Counted from the stretch's first letter, positions 1 through 8,410 are shown. The stretch: DNA of 41,835 nt from Bacteroidales bacterium (GCA_007118135.1 SKSE01000023.1:1-41835), one strand, 5' to 3'. Numbers and translations are program-made. The notes: a model not told the origin generated them from the letters alone.

Positions 1-795
1 AAGCGATGTTTGCCAGTCGATGCTGAGAAAATCACAGATGTCGTGGTTTATCTCTTTGATGCCTGTTCCGATTCCTTTGGGGAAAAAGATAAATGGTGTT
101 CCTGTGGCGCGAACAGCATTAGCAATTTTTTTCACCGATGGCATGAATACTTCCTGGTAAAATGTGAAGGGTACACTGCCGGCATGGGTGTCGAACAACT
201 GGAAAGCCGAGATACCATGTTTTACCTGTTGCAAAGCATATTCGATGGTTAGCTCGGTAACGGCTTCGGCCATTTTTTGGGTAAGATGCTTTTCTTTGAA
301 GAAAAATCTCTCGGCATCCGCAAACTGAGAGCGGGTTCCCAGTCCCTGTATCATGAACAGCATGACCGTAAGCGGGGCACCTGAGAAACCAACCAGCGGA
401 GTATTATTCCCCGGAGTTTCAAGAATTTTATCAATGGCATTGTAAATGTATTGAAGCTTACCTGGATCGGGATTTAACATTTGCAACGGATCATTCACAT
501 CCTTGAGCGGTTGTTCGAAAACCGGCCCCTGGTCGGTAAAATCAAGACCCATACCCATGGCATAGGGGATCACCAGTATATCGGAAAACAATATGGCGGC
601 ATCCACACCCAGGTCATCAATGGGCAGCAACGTAACTTTGGCTGCCAGTTCGGGATCTTTCATCAGTTGCCAGAAGGTATATTTTTCCTTCAGTGCATTG
701 TATGAGGGCAGCACCCTGCCTGCCTGCCGCATAAACCATATAGGAGGGCGGTCAGTGGGTTTGCCTTGTAGTGTATCGAGAAATATGTTTGACAT
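1..795 (-). CDS. hemE: Uroporphyrinogen decarboxylase (3' end truncated by window edge)
   Basis: Not in ORF track; manual minus-strand translation from ATG at 795 gives MSNIFLDTLQGKPTDRPPIWFMRQAGRVLPSY...DAAILFSDILVIP...LVGFSGAPLT...FQLFDTHAG, the UROD signature motifs; open to position 1; follows hemL. Confidence 0.95.
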   Translation of the reverse strand, partial: MSNIFLDTLQGKPTDRPPIWFMRQAGRVLPSYNALKEKYTFWQLMKDPELAAKVTLLPIDDLGVDAAILFSDILVIPYAMGMGLDFTDQGPVFEQPLKDVNDPLQMLNPDPGKLQYIYNAIDKILETPGNNTPLVGFSGAPLTVMLFMIQGLGTRSQFADAERFFFKEKHLTQKMAEAVTELTIEYALQQVKHGISAFQLFDTHAGSVPFTFYQEVFMPSVKKIANAVRATGTPFIFFPKGIGTGIKEINHDICDFLSIDWQTSL

Positions 796-852
796 TCTTT
801 AAAATTTAAAGTTTAAAATTCGAACCGAGGCGCAGCCGAGCTCAGCGAAGCT

Positions 853-901
853 AATATCGAATATCGAATATCGAATATCGAATATCGAATATCGAAATCC
901 G
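853..901. repeat. Heptamer tandem repeat (AATATCG)x6 plus degenerate AAATCCG
   Basis: Six perfect copies at 853-894 read directly, one variant at 895-901; hemL-hemE intergenic. Confidence 0.95.
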
Positions 902-914
902 AAACCATTAATTT

Positions 915-998
915 TTCAACTCTTCAACTCTTCCACTTTTCAACCTTTCCACTCGCTTATCAACTTATCCACCCTTCAACTCTTCAACTCTTCCATCG
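915..998. repeat. Degenerate octamer tandem repeat (TTCAACTC-like, ~10 copies) overlapping the hemL stop
   Basis: ttcaactc ttcaactc ttccactt ttcaacct ttccactc ... atcaactt atccaccc ttcaactc ttcaactc ttccatcg; 21-nt exact direct repeat at 915-935 and 975-995. Confidence 0.85.
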
Positions 999-2271
999 CC
1001 TTCAAGCTCGCTTCCACCGTTTTATCAATCTCTTCATCGGTGATGCATGCAGGAATAAAGGCTGCCTCAAATTGAGAGGGTGGCAGGTAAATGCCTTGCT
1101 CCAGCATGGCTTTGAAATATCTGCCGAATTTTCCGGTATCGGATTGATTGGCGTCATCAAAGGATTTAACTGTATTCAGTTTTGTGAAAAACAGTGTGAT
1201 CATAGAACCTACCCTGTTTACAACACCTTTGTGCCCGGTTTGTTGCAGGTTATCTCTGAAACCTTTTTCCAGGCGCGCGGATTTCTCTTCCAGGTTTTTG
1301 TGGAATCCAGGTGTTTCGTCAATGATTTTAAGGGTTGCCAGTCCGGCAGCCATGGCCAGCGGGTTACCGGAAAGAGTACCGGCCTGGTAGATGGGTCCTG
1401 CCGGAGCCAGCTTTTCCATGATCTCTTTAGGTCCGCCGTAGGCACCTACAGGAAGCCCGCCGCCGATGATTTTCCCCAGACAGGTAATATCAGGAGTGAT
1501 TCCAAAATGCTCCTGTGCTCCTCCTTTGGCCAGTCGGAAACCGGTCATTACCTCATCAAAGATGAGCAGGGTGCCGTATTTTTGTGTCAGTCCTCTTAAC
1601 CCATCCAGAAATTCCTTATCGGGAATGACCACACCCATGTTTCCGACGACGGGTTCCAGAATTATGGCTGCAATATCATCACCATGTTTTTCAAAAAGTT
1701 TTGCTACACCTTCAAGATCGTTGTATCGGGCTGTGAGAGTATCCTGGGCGGTTCCCTGTGTAACTCCCGGACTATCAGGCAAACCCAGTGTCAGTGCACC
1801 GGAACCGGCTTTAATGAGAAAACTATCGGCATGTCCGTGATAGCAACCTTCAAATTTGATGAATTTGTTGCGGCCGGTATATCCTCTTGCGAGGCGAAGG
1901 GCACTCATGCAGGCTTCGGTACCTGAATTTACCATGCGCACAATGTCCATAGAGGGTTTCATCTTTTTGATTTGTTCAGCCATATCGGTCTCACCCACGG
2001 TGGGGGCACCGTAGCTGGTTCCGCGCTGCGCGGCTTCGGTAATGGCCTTAATAACACGCTCATCGGCATGACCTACTATCATGGGTCCCCATGATGAAAC
2101 GTAATCGATATATTCATTTCCGTCGATATCCCACATTTTGGCCCCTTTGGCCCTGGTAATAAAAACCGGATTTCCGCCCACACTTTTGAATGCTCTGGCT
2201 GGACTGTTCACCCCGCCGGGGAGGCTCTTCCGGGCCCTGTCGAATTGGTTGATGCTTTTGGTGAAGTTCAT
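976..2271 (-). CDS. hemL: Glutamate-1-semialdehyde 2,1-aminomutase
   Basis: [50 protein letters not shown] and [12 protein letters not shown] motifs; hem operon context. Confidence 0.98.
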   Translation of the reverse strand: MNFTKSINQFDRARKSLPGGVNSPARAFKSVGGNPVFITRAKGAKMWDIDGNEYIDYVSSWGPMIVGHADERVIKAITEAAQRGTSYGAPTVGETDMAEQIKKMKPSMDIVRMVNSGTEACMSALRLARGYTGRNKFIKFEGCYHGHADSFLIKAGSGALTLGLPDSPGVTQGTAQDTLTARYNDLEGVAKLFEKHGDDIAAIILEPVVGNMGVVIPDKEFLDGLRGLTQKYGTLLIFDEVMTGFRLAKGGAQEHFGITPDITCLGKIIGGGLPVGAYGGPKEIMEKLAPAGPIYQAGTLSGNPLAMAAGLATLKIIDETPGFHKNLEEKSARLEKGFRDNLQQTGHKGVVNRVGSMITLFFTKLNTVKSFDDANQSDTGKFGRYFKAMLEQGIYLPPSQFEAAFIPACITDEEIDKTVEASLKAMEELKS

Positions 2272-2357
2272 ATATGTATTAAGTTGTTAATTTTTAGTTT
2301 AAAAGCAAATAGATGTAATGAATTTTTCAATCTGCAAACATATAAATTTTTGCCGAC

Positions 2358-2759
2358 CTACTCCCCCTTCGAAGGGGGCCGGGGGGATGTCTTGCGTTTT
2401 ATTTCATCAATAGTAATTTCCAAGGCTCTCAAAACGTTGAACATATCTTTTTTAACCTGCAAATCCGGAAAACGCAAAAAAGTAATCTCATACTCTTCAA
2501 GTTCCTTTTGTCTGTTACTATCATAATCAATTTTATGGTCATGACTTAAGCCATCGATTTCTATGGCAAGTTTTAATTCATGGCAGTAAAAATCAACAAT
2601 ATAATTCAATAGTGGTACTTGACGGTGAAACTCAACACCATAGGCCTTGCCTTTAATTTCTTTCCATAAAAGTATTTCCGAAAGAGTGCTTTGTTTTCTT
2701 AAGATTCGCGCAAGTTCTTTTAGTTTGGGGTTGTATGGGATTATTTTGTTGTGGTTCAT
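2358..2759 (-). CDS. DUF559 / Vsr-like endonuclease domain protein
   Basis: LKELARILRKQSTLSEILLW...FHRQVPLLNYIVDFYCHELKLAIEIDGLSHD...YDSNRQKELE...FLRF is the typical DUF559 (PD-(D/E)XK-like) pattern. Confidence 0.9.
   Translation of the reverse strand: MNHNKIIPYNPKLKELARILRKQSTLSEILLWKEIKGKAYGVEFHRQVPLLNYIVDFYCHELKLAIEIDGLSHDHKIDYDSNRQKELEEYEITFLRFPDLQVKKDMFNVLRALEITIDEIKRKTSPRPPSKGE
2360..2390. repeat. Left REP-like inverted repeat with internal hairpin CCCCCTT-CG-AAGGGGG
   Basis: Read directly; encodes the DUF559 C-terminal tail TSPRPPSKGE. Confidence 0.92.
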
Positions 2760-2771
2760 TTTAATGTTTTA

Positions 2772-2802
2772 ACATCCCCCCGGCCCCCTTGAAAGGGGGA
2801 GT
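2772..2802. repeat. Right REP-like inverted repeat with internal hairpin CCCCCTT-GA-AAGGGGG
   Basis: Read directly; lies 12 nt upstream of the DUF559 start codon. Confidence 0.92.
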
Positions 2803-2833
2803 TGGCCGGTGGTTGGTTCAATTTTCGAATTTA

Positions 2834-3820
2834 TCAAAAGCTTTTCTTTCCCTCCAACCACTGCGCAACCTCCTTCGCATGATACGTAATAATTATATCC
2901 GCTCCGGCGCGGCGAATGGATTTCAGGATTTCTTTGGTGATGCGTTGACCGTCAATCCAGCCTTTTTCTGTGGCGGCTTTTACCATGGAGAATTCACCGC
3001 TGACATTGTAGGCGGCAATGGGAATATTGAACTGGTCTTTTGCCCGTTGAATGATATCCAGGTAGGATAAGGCCGGTTTTACCATGATGATATCTGCACC
3101 TTCTTCAATATCCAGTTCGATTTCGCGCATGGCTTCGTTGCTGTTGGCGGGGTTCATCTGGTAAGTCTGGCGGTCGCCAAACTGCGGTGCGCTTTCAGCT
3201 GCTTCGCGGAAGGGCCCGTAAAAGGCTGATGCATATTTGGCCGAGTATGCCATGATGGGAATATTGCTGAACCCTTCATCGTCCAATGCTTCGCGAATAT
3301 AGGCCACTCTGCCGTCCATCATATCGCTGGGGGCTACCATATCCACTCCGGCTTTGGCGAAGGCAAGGGATTGTTTGGCCAGGGTTTCCAGCGTCAGATC
3401 ATTATCTACATCGTTGTTGACAATGGTGCCGCAATGTCCGTGGGTAGTATATTCACAATTGCACACATCGGCAATAACATACATTTCGGGTAGTTCTTTT
3501 TTGATGGCCCAGATGGCAGTGGGTATGATGGCGTTTTCTTCTGCACCCACCAGGCCATGCTCGTCTTTGGTTTCAGGAATACCAAACAGTAAAACGGACT
3601 TGATTCCCAATTGATAAAGCTCTTTGCACTCCTGCACAAGCATATCAACCGAAAGCTGATAGTTGCCGGGCATGGAGTTTATGGGGTTTTTAACATTCTG
3701 ACCCGGGCAGGCAAACAGAGGCATCACCAGATTTTCAAGCGAAACTGTGGTTTCGTTTACCATCGCCCGGATCACCGGGTTGGAACGAAGTCTTCTTAAA
3801 CGTGTGGTTGGGAAATACAT
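2834..3820 (-). CDS. hemB: Porphobilinogen synthase (delta-aminolevulinate dehydratase), Zn-type
   Basis: RLRRLR start, DVCNCEYTTHGHCG Zn motif, SDMMDGRV, YSAKYASAFYGPFREA, MVKPAL; start moved to MYFPTTR (3820) to avoid overlap with hemD. Confidence 0.97.
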   Translation of the reverse strand: MYFPTTRLRRLRSNPVIRAMVNETTVSLENLVMPLFACPGQNVKNPINSMPGNYQLSVDMLVQECKELYQLGIKSVLLFGIPETKDEHGLVGAEENAIIPTAIWAIKKELPEMYVIADVCNCEYTTHGHCGTIVNNDVDNDLTLETLAKQSLAFAKAGVDMVAPSDMMDGRVAYIREALDDEGFSNIPIMAYSAKYASAFYGPFREAAESAPQFGDRQTYQMNPANSNEAMREIELDIEEGADIIMVKPALSYLDIIQRAKDQFNIPIAAYNVSGEFSMVKAATEKGWIDGQRITKEILKSIRRAGADIIITYHAKEVAQWLEGKKSF

Positions 3821-3863
3821 ATCTTGACTTTTTGAGTTGCTGTAAAAACTAAGTTCAAAGTTA

Positions 3864-4616
3864 CTATTCAGAAAAATAATCATCAATAGCCTGAACCAGC
3901 GATTGAGCGGAAGGGTAGGGGGCTGTAACTGCTACATCATAACCACATTCCTTTATAGCAAGGGCCGTCGTATTGCCTATGGCTGCCAAAAGCAACGATT
4001 CTGCATTTTGAAAAGCATCCAGAAAAGCATAAAATCCCGAGGGCGATGTAAAAATACAAATATCTGCTTCTCTGTTTTTTACCAGTCCGGCTATCTGTTC
4101 ATCCACCCTTGAAAGTGGTATTGTTTCATAGACGTTTATCCGTTTAACGGTAGCCATTTCAGAAAGCGTTGTTTCCAGAAAATCAGGAGCTTTGTTACCG
4201 ACAGCAAGTAGTATTTTATTGCCGGCAATGGAGGCATTCTCCAGAAGAAATTTTGCCAGGTCTCTGGCGTCGGTTCCCGGGTTCGGGAATGCCGCTTTAT
4301 GACCGTATTTTTCCAGTTCGGCACCCGTAGCCTGCCCAACCACTGCAATTTTGATGTGGGATGGGAGATTAAAATCACTCTGGAAATCAGAAAGATTTTC
4401 GAAAAATCCTCGCACACCTTTTTTGCTGGTGAATACCAGTAAATCAAATTCTCCCGGCTGGATAAGGCGACTGAGTTCTTCTTCATGAATCCGGATGGTA
4501 CGGGTTTCTATCATGGGAAGATTTAAGGCCTTTGCTCCTTTGGCTTCCAGGAGCATCAGCATTTCCTCCGCCTGATCGGCCGGTTGGGTGGTTATTATGA
4601 CTTTGCCTTTCAGCAT
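3864..4616 (-). CDS. hemD: Uroporphyrinogen-III synthase
   Basis: LVFTSKKGV, AVVGQAT, NVYET, FTSPSG and AAIGNTTA HemD motifs; between hemC and hemB. Confidence 0.9.
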   Translation of the reverse strand: MLKGKVIITTQPADQAEEMLMLLEAKGAKALNLPMIETRTIRIHEEELSRLIQPGEFDLLVFTSKKGVRGFFENLSDFQSDFNLPSHIKIAVVGQATGAELEKYGHKAAFPNPGTDARDLAKFLLENASIAGNKILLAVGNKAPDFLETTLSEMATVKRINVYETIPLSRVDEQIAGLVKNREADICIFTSPSGFYAFLDAFQNAESLLLAAIGNTTALAIKECGYDVAVTAPYPSAQSLVQAIDDYFSE

Positions 4617-5554
4617 CAGATTTGATTGTTTTTCCGGATTTCTTCGAGAATTTCCCTGGAGCCCTTCAGAATAAATGAATCTGCAAGTTTTGATGCAAGT
4701 TCGGTTCCACTATCAGCGGGTCCATGGAGTTCGTCCCTTAAAATTACAGAAGAATCCAGATTGGAAACGAATCCTTTTATTCTGAAATCATTGTTTTTCA
4801 GTTCTGTGAAACAGCCGATAGGTACCTGGCAGCCTCCTTCCAGCTTTCGCAGAAAAGTTCTTTCGGCATTTACCGCCTGCAAGGTGGGCTGGTGGATAAC
4901 AGGTTTGAGTAGTTCAACCAATTCCGGATCATTTTCACGTATTTCCATGGCAATGGCACCCTGGCTGACTGCCGGTATAAAAACTTCAGGGTCCAGAATT
5001 TCTGTAATCATGTGATCAAGCCCCAGTCGCTGCAAGCCTGCTGCTGCCATGATCATGGCGGTACAATGCCCGTTCTGCATTTTCTGTAGTCGGGTATTTA
5101 CGTTACCGCGTATATCAACAATCTTAAAGGACGGATTGTAGCTGAGCAATAATGCCCTGCGCCGCAGACTGCTGGTGGCAATAACATCATTCTCGTCAAG
5201 CTCATGTAATTTTTTACCTGCTATGTGCACCAGGGCATCACGAAATTCCCCCCTTTCCAATACTCCTCCCAGTGTTAGACCTTCAGGAAACCGTGTAGGT
5301 AAGTCTTTTAAACTGTGAACGGCAATATCGATGGTTCTGTTTATCAGTTCTACCTCCAGCTCTTTGGTAAATAGCCCTTTGTCGCCTATTTTTGACAAAG
5401 CAACATCAAGAATTTTATCGCCTTTAGTTTTAATTATCTTAACTTCAACCTGCTGTGCGGGCCAGGATTGTAAAATGGATTCTTTTACCCGGTGGGCCTG
5501 GTATAATGCAAGCTGACTTCCCCTCGTTCCGATGCGTATGATATTATCCTTCAT
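4616..5554 (-). CDS. hemC: Hydroxymethylbilane synthase (porphobilinogen deaminase)
   Basis: IGTRGSQLALYQA, KGLFTKELE, AVHSLKDLP, TSSLRR, IRGNVNTRL, LEGGCQVPIG. Confidence 0.98.
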   Translation of the reverse strand: MKDNIIRIGTRGSQLALYQAHRVKESILQSWPAQQVEVKIIKTKGDKILDVALSKIGDKGLFTKELEVELINRTIDIAVHSLKDLPTRFPEGLTLGGVLERGEFRDALVHIAGKKLHELDENDVIATSSLRRRALLLSYNPSFKIVDIRGNVNTRLQKMQNGHCTAMIMAAAGLQRLGLDHMITEILDPEVFIPAVSQGAIAMEIRENDPELVELLKPVIHQPTLQAVNAERTFLRKLEGGCQVPIGCFTELKNNDFRIKGFVSNLDSSVILRDELHGPADSGTELASKLADSFILKGSREILEEIRKNNQI

Positions 5555-6809
5555 TTTTGTCCTGAAGTTCGAATAGCTGATTTACCACATTGATAAATTC
5601 ACGTTGTTTGCCGTTGTTGGTTACCTGCTTTAGATTGCGAATGAACAGGCGGGTGTACTTGCGTGAAATATGCTCGGCATATCTCGAAATCATTTCATTT
5701 TCGTTAATACCATTAATGCGCAGAAATCCTTCCAGTTCAGAGTTGTTGACCGCTTCCATATTTTTTTGAATTTTCATGATAGAAGGGGTAAGCTCAAGTG
5801 CATTTAGCCAGTCATTGAATTCCTGCTTAACAAACTGAATAATTTCCATGGCTTCAGAAATGGCTTCCTTTCTTTTATTCTGGGTTTCCTTAACAATTTC
5901 TTGCAGGTCATCAACAGCAAAAAGTTCTACATCGGACAGTTGAAGGATATCGGTGCTGATATTTCGTGGCACGGAAAGATCCATGTAAAGCTGGGATGTT
6001 GAGCGTTGAGCTGCAAATTTTTCAACCATTTCTTTGGTAATAATATGGCTTTGAGCGCCTGTTGCAACTAGAATAATATCACTTTGCGGCAGGTATTCAT
6101 GTAACTTTTCCAGTTCAAAGGCTGTGATATTGTGCTTTTCAGCCAGTTCCAGTGCCTTGCTGTAGGTACGGTTGGTAATGTATAAATGACAGCACTCGCG
6201 TTTTACAAGGTTAACCAGGGCAAGTTCACCCATCACACCTGTACCAATGAGCGTGATCTTTTTGTTTTGAATGTCCGGGGTACGCTGGCAAATTAATTCA
6301 ACAGCTGCTGAACTGATAGATGCCGAACCTTTATTGATGGCGGTTTCTGTTCTAACCCTTTTCCCTGCTTCAAAAGCCTTATTGAACATTCGGGTCAGTA
6401 AGGAACTACTATGATCGTTTTCAAGGCTGAGTAAGAAACCGCCTTTCACCTGTGTTACTATCTGGTCTTCACCAAGAACAAGCGATTCGAGACCCGAGAC
6501 AACTCTGAACAGATGTTCTGCTGCAGGATCACCTTCAATGGAGTAAAAGTATTTTCTGAGGTCAGGAGGGGTTTTTTTAAAGAATTCCAGATTGCGATAA
6601 ATGGAATCAAAAGCTTTTTCCGGGCAACAGCTTTCAATATGAAAATAAACTTCAATACGGTTACAGGTTGAAATTACCACTGCACCTTTTAAATCAGGGT
6701 CTATCTGCAATTGCTTTAAAAATGTAAGTGATTCATCAGGGGTGAAGGCAAATTTTTCTCTGATTTCGAGAGGTGCATTTTTATAACTGGTTCCAACGAG
6801 TCCTAACAT
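5544..6809 (-). CDS. hemA: Glutamyl-tRNA reductase
   Basis: ISTCNRIEVY catalytic Cys motif, HLFRVVSGLESLVLGEDQI, GTGVMG, NRT, DLSVPRNI; ATG at 6809 preferred over TTG at 6818. Confidence 0.96.
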   Translation of the reverse strand: MLGLVGTSYKNAPLEIREKFAFTPDESLTFLKQLQIDPDLKGAVVISTCNRIEVYFHIESCCPEKAFDSIYRNLEFFKKTPPDLRKYFYSIEGDPAAEHLFRVVSGLESLVLGEDQIVTQVKGGFLLSLENDHSSSLLTRMFNKAFEAGKRVRTETAINKGSASISSAAVELICQRTPDIQNKKITLIGTGVMGELALVNLVKRECCHLYITNRTYSKALELAEKHNITAFELEKLHEYLPQSDIILVATGAQSHIITKEMVEKFAAQRSTSQLYMDLSVPRNISTDILQLSDVELFAVDDLQEIVKETQNKRKEAISEAMEIIQFVKQEFNDWLNALELTPSIMKIQKNMEAVNNSELEGFLRINGINENEMISRYAEHISRKYTRLFIRNLKQVTNNGKQREFINVVNQLFELQDKNEG

Positions 6810-7073
6810 GTGAGTCAAAATAAAAGCTAATCGGTATTGTTTTACCTGTTAATCAGGCTTTTGTTATGATAAAAAATGTGGTTAAAAGCCTGAAAATCCT
6901 TTTAATCATGGTGTTTACGATGATTAGTCAGCGAAGATAAGCATAATTATTTTTAGTGAAAAACCCTGGTAATAATTTTCATCTAAGTTAGAATGTGTTT
7001 AAATTATTGGTAAAAACAAATATGATAAGCCAAAATTTACAATTACTACTTCTTTCTATTACTTTTTACTGAA

Positions 7074-7203
7074 TGGGGCTAAAGCCCAATGGTTAAGATA
7101 ATATCTTATCCGCAGGCTAAAGTCAACGGTAATCGATATATCTGTATTTCTATTTTTTATTCCGGTCAGGTTTACCCGCCTGTGGAGGGTTTAACTGACG
7201 GAT
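7074..7203. repeat. Cluster of degenerate REP-like palindromes
   Basis: GGGCT-AA-AGCCC hairpin 7076-7087; TAAGATA-A-TATCTTA 7094-7108; imperfect inverted pair 7108-7133 / 7159-7203. Confidence 0.55.
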
Positions 7204-7277
7204 TTGATATCCACACAATTTCGTAATTTTAACCTGTATTAGTATAAGTTTTTTCTAAGAATTAAAAACATGAAAAC

Positions 7278-8351
7278 ATGAAGATGAAACTATTACATAT
7301 TGGGATGGCCTTCGTATTAGCAGGATTGATTTCCTGTGGTCAGAGAGCTGAAAAAACCGAAGAAACAACTGAGCTTCAAGGTGTGATCATAGTTGCCAGT
7401 AAAAGCGGGAATGATGTGTATTTTATTGATCGTGAAACCGGTGAAACCCTTATCATTCTTCCAACAGGACTTGAGCCCCATGAAGTGGAAGTATCGGATG
7501 ATGGCCGCATTGCAGTGGTTTGTAATTATGGCGACAGAGAAAATCCCGGAAACACTCTTACCGTTTACGATGTGCTAAGGGGAGAATACCATAAAACCAT
7601 TGATCTGGGCGAGCATACCCGTCCGCACGGAATGCAGTGGGTTGCCGGTACCAATAATCTGCTGGTAACTACTGAGGGAAGTCAGAGTTTGCTGGTGGTT
7701 GACATAAAGGAAGGTGCCATAGTGCAGGTAATGAATACCGGAGAAGATGTATCTCATATGGTTGCTGCAACACCAGATTTTTCAAGAGCCTTTGTTCCAA
7801 GTATCCGGACCGGGAATATGGCAGTTTTTAATTTGGAAACCGGTGAGTTGATAGATCATGTTTACAGCGGAGCTGGTGCCGAAGGTATCGATGTCAGCCC
7901 CGACGGTGCAGAGGTCTGGGTTACCAACCGGGCTGATAACACCATCACCATTTTTGATACACAAACGCTTGAAGTATTGGCGCAATTGCCCTGCGAAGAC
8001 TTTCCCATCCGTGCCAAATTTACCCCGGATGGAAGCCGTTTCCTGGTGAGTAATGCCCGCTCCGGTACCATTGCCGTTTTTGATGCGGTGAATAAATTAC
8101 ACATGGCGGATATAAAACTGACTCCCCCTGTTCCGGCCGATACCGATGCCGAACGCTACTTTGCAGATTTTGAAGGTACATCCATTCCTATAGGGCTGGT
8201 AATTCCCGATAACCGCTTTGCCTATGTAGCCAATACACGCTCCGATGTGGTTTCAGTTATTGATATTGAGAAACTGGAAATTATAGATCATTTTGAGGCA
8301 GGAAGAGAGCCCGACGGTATCAACTTTTCGCATCTGAAACCGGAACAGTAA
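7278..8351 (+). CDS. YVTN/YncE-family beta-propeller lipoprotein
   Basis: Lipobox LISC; repeated blades (PHEVEVSDDG, AEGIDVSPDGAEVWVTNRADNTITIFD, AYVANTRSDVVSVID). Confidence 0.85.
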   Translation: MKMKLLHIGMAFVLAGLISCGQRAEKTEETTELQGVIIVASKSGNDVYFIDRETGETLIILPTGLEPHEVEVSDDGRIAVVCNYGDRENPGNTLTVYDVLRGEYHKTIDLGEHTRPHGMQWVAGTNNLLVTTEGSQSLLVVDIKEGAIVQVMNTGEDVSHMVAATPDFSRAFVPSIRTGNMAVFNLETGELIDHVYSGAGAEGIDVSPDGAEVWVTNRADNTITIFDTQTLEVLAQLPCEDFPIRAKFTPDGSRFLVSNARSGTIAVFDAVNKLHMADIKLTPPVPADTDAERYFADFEGTSIPIGLVIPDNRFAYVANTRSDVVSVIDIEKLEIIDHFEAGREPDGINFSHLKPEQ

Positions 8352-8410
8352 AACCAGTTATATAAACCCCGGCATACCCTGCCCGGTAAAAACTTATGAA
8401 ACTGCTTTGA

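Larger units (their letters stand above)
2360..2802. mobile_element. Putative minimal element: DUF559 gene bounded by 31-bp terminal inverted repeats
   Basis: 2360-2390 ACTCCCCCTTCGAAGGGGGCCGGGGGGATGT matches the reverse complement of 2772-2802 (ACTCCCCCTTTCAAGGGGGCCGGGGGGATGT) at 29/31; sits between hemB and hemL; mobility is inferred only. Confidence 0.55.

Noticed and set aside
10-802. Plus-strand ORFs 10..252, 481..705 and 593..802
   Set aside because: Shadows of hemE on the minus strand; no recognisable motifs.
853-998. Repeat tracts as a CRISPR array
   Set aside because: Units are 7-8 nt and contiguous with no unique spacers; no cas genes in the window.
2340-2830. Classical IS or target-site duplication around the DUF559 cassette
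   Set aside because: No DDE/HUH transposase motif and no convincing direct repeat flanking the inverted repeats.
2245-3070. Plus-strand ORFs 2245..2526 and 2789..3070 crossing the inverted repeats, as extra element genes
   Set aside because: Antisense to hemL, DUF559 and hemB; no motif support.
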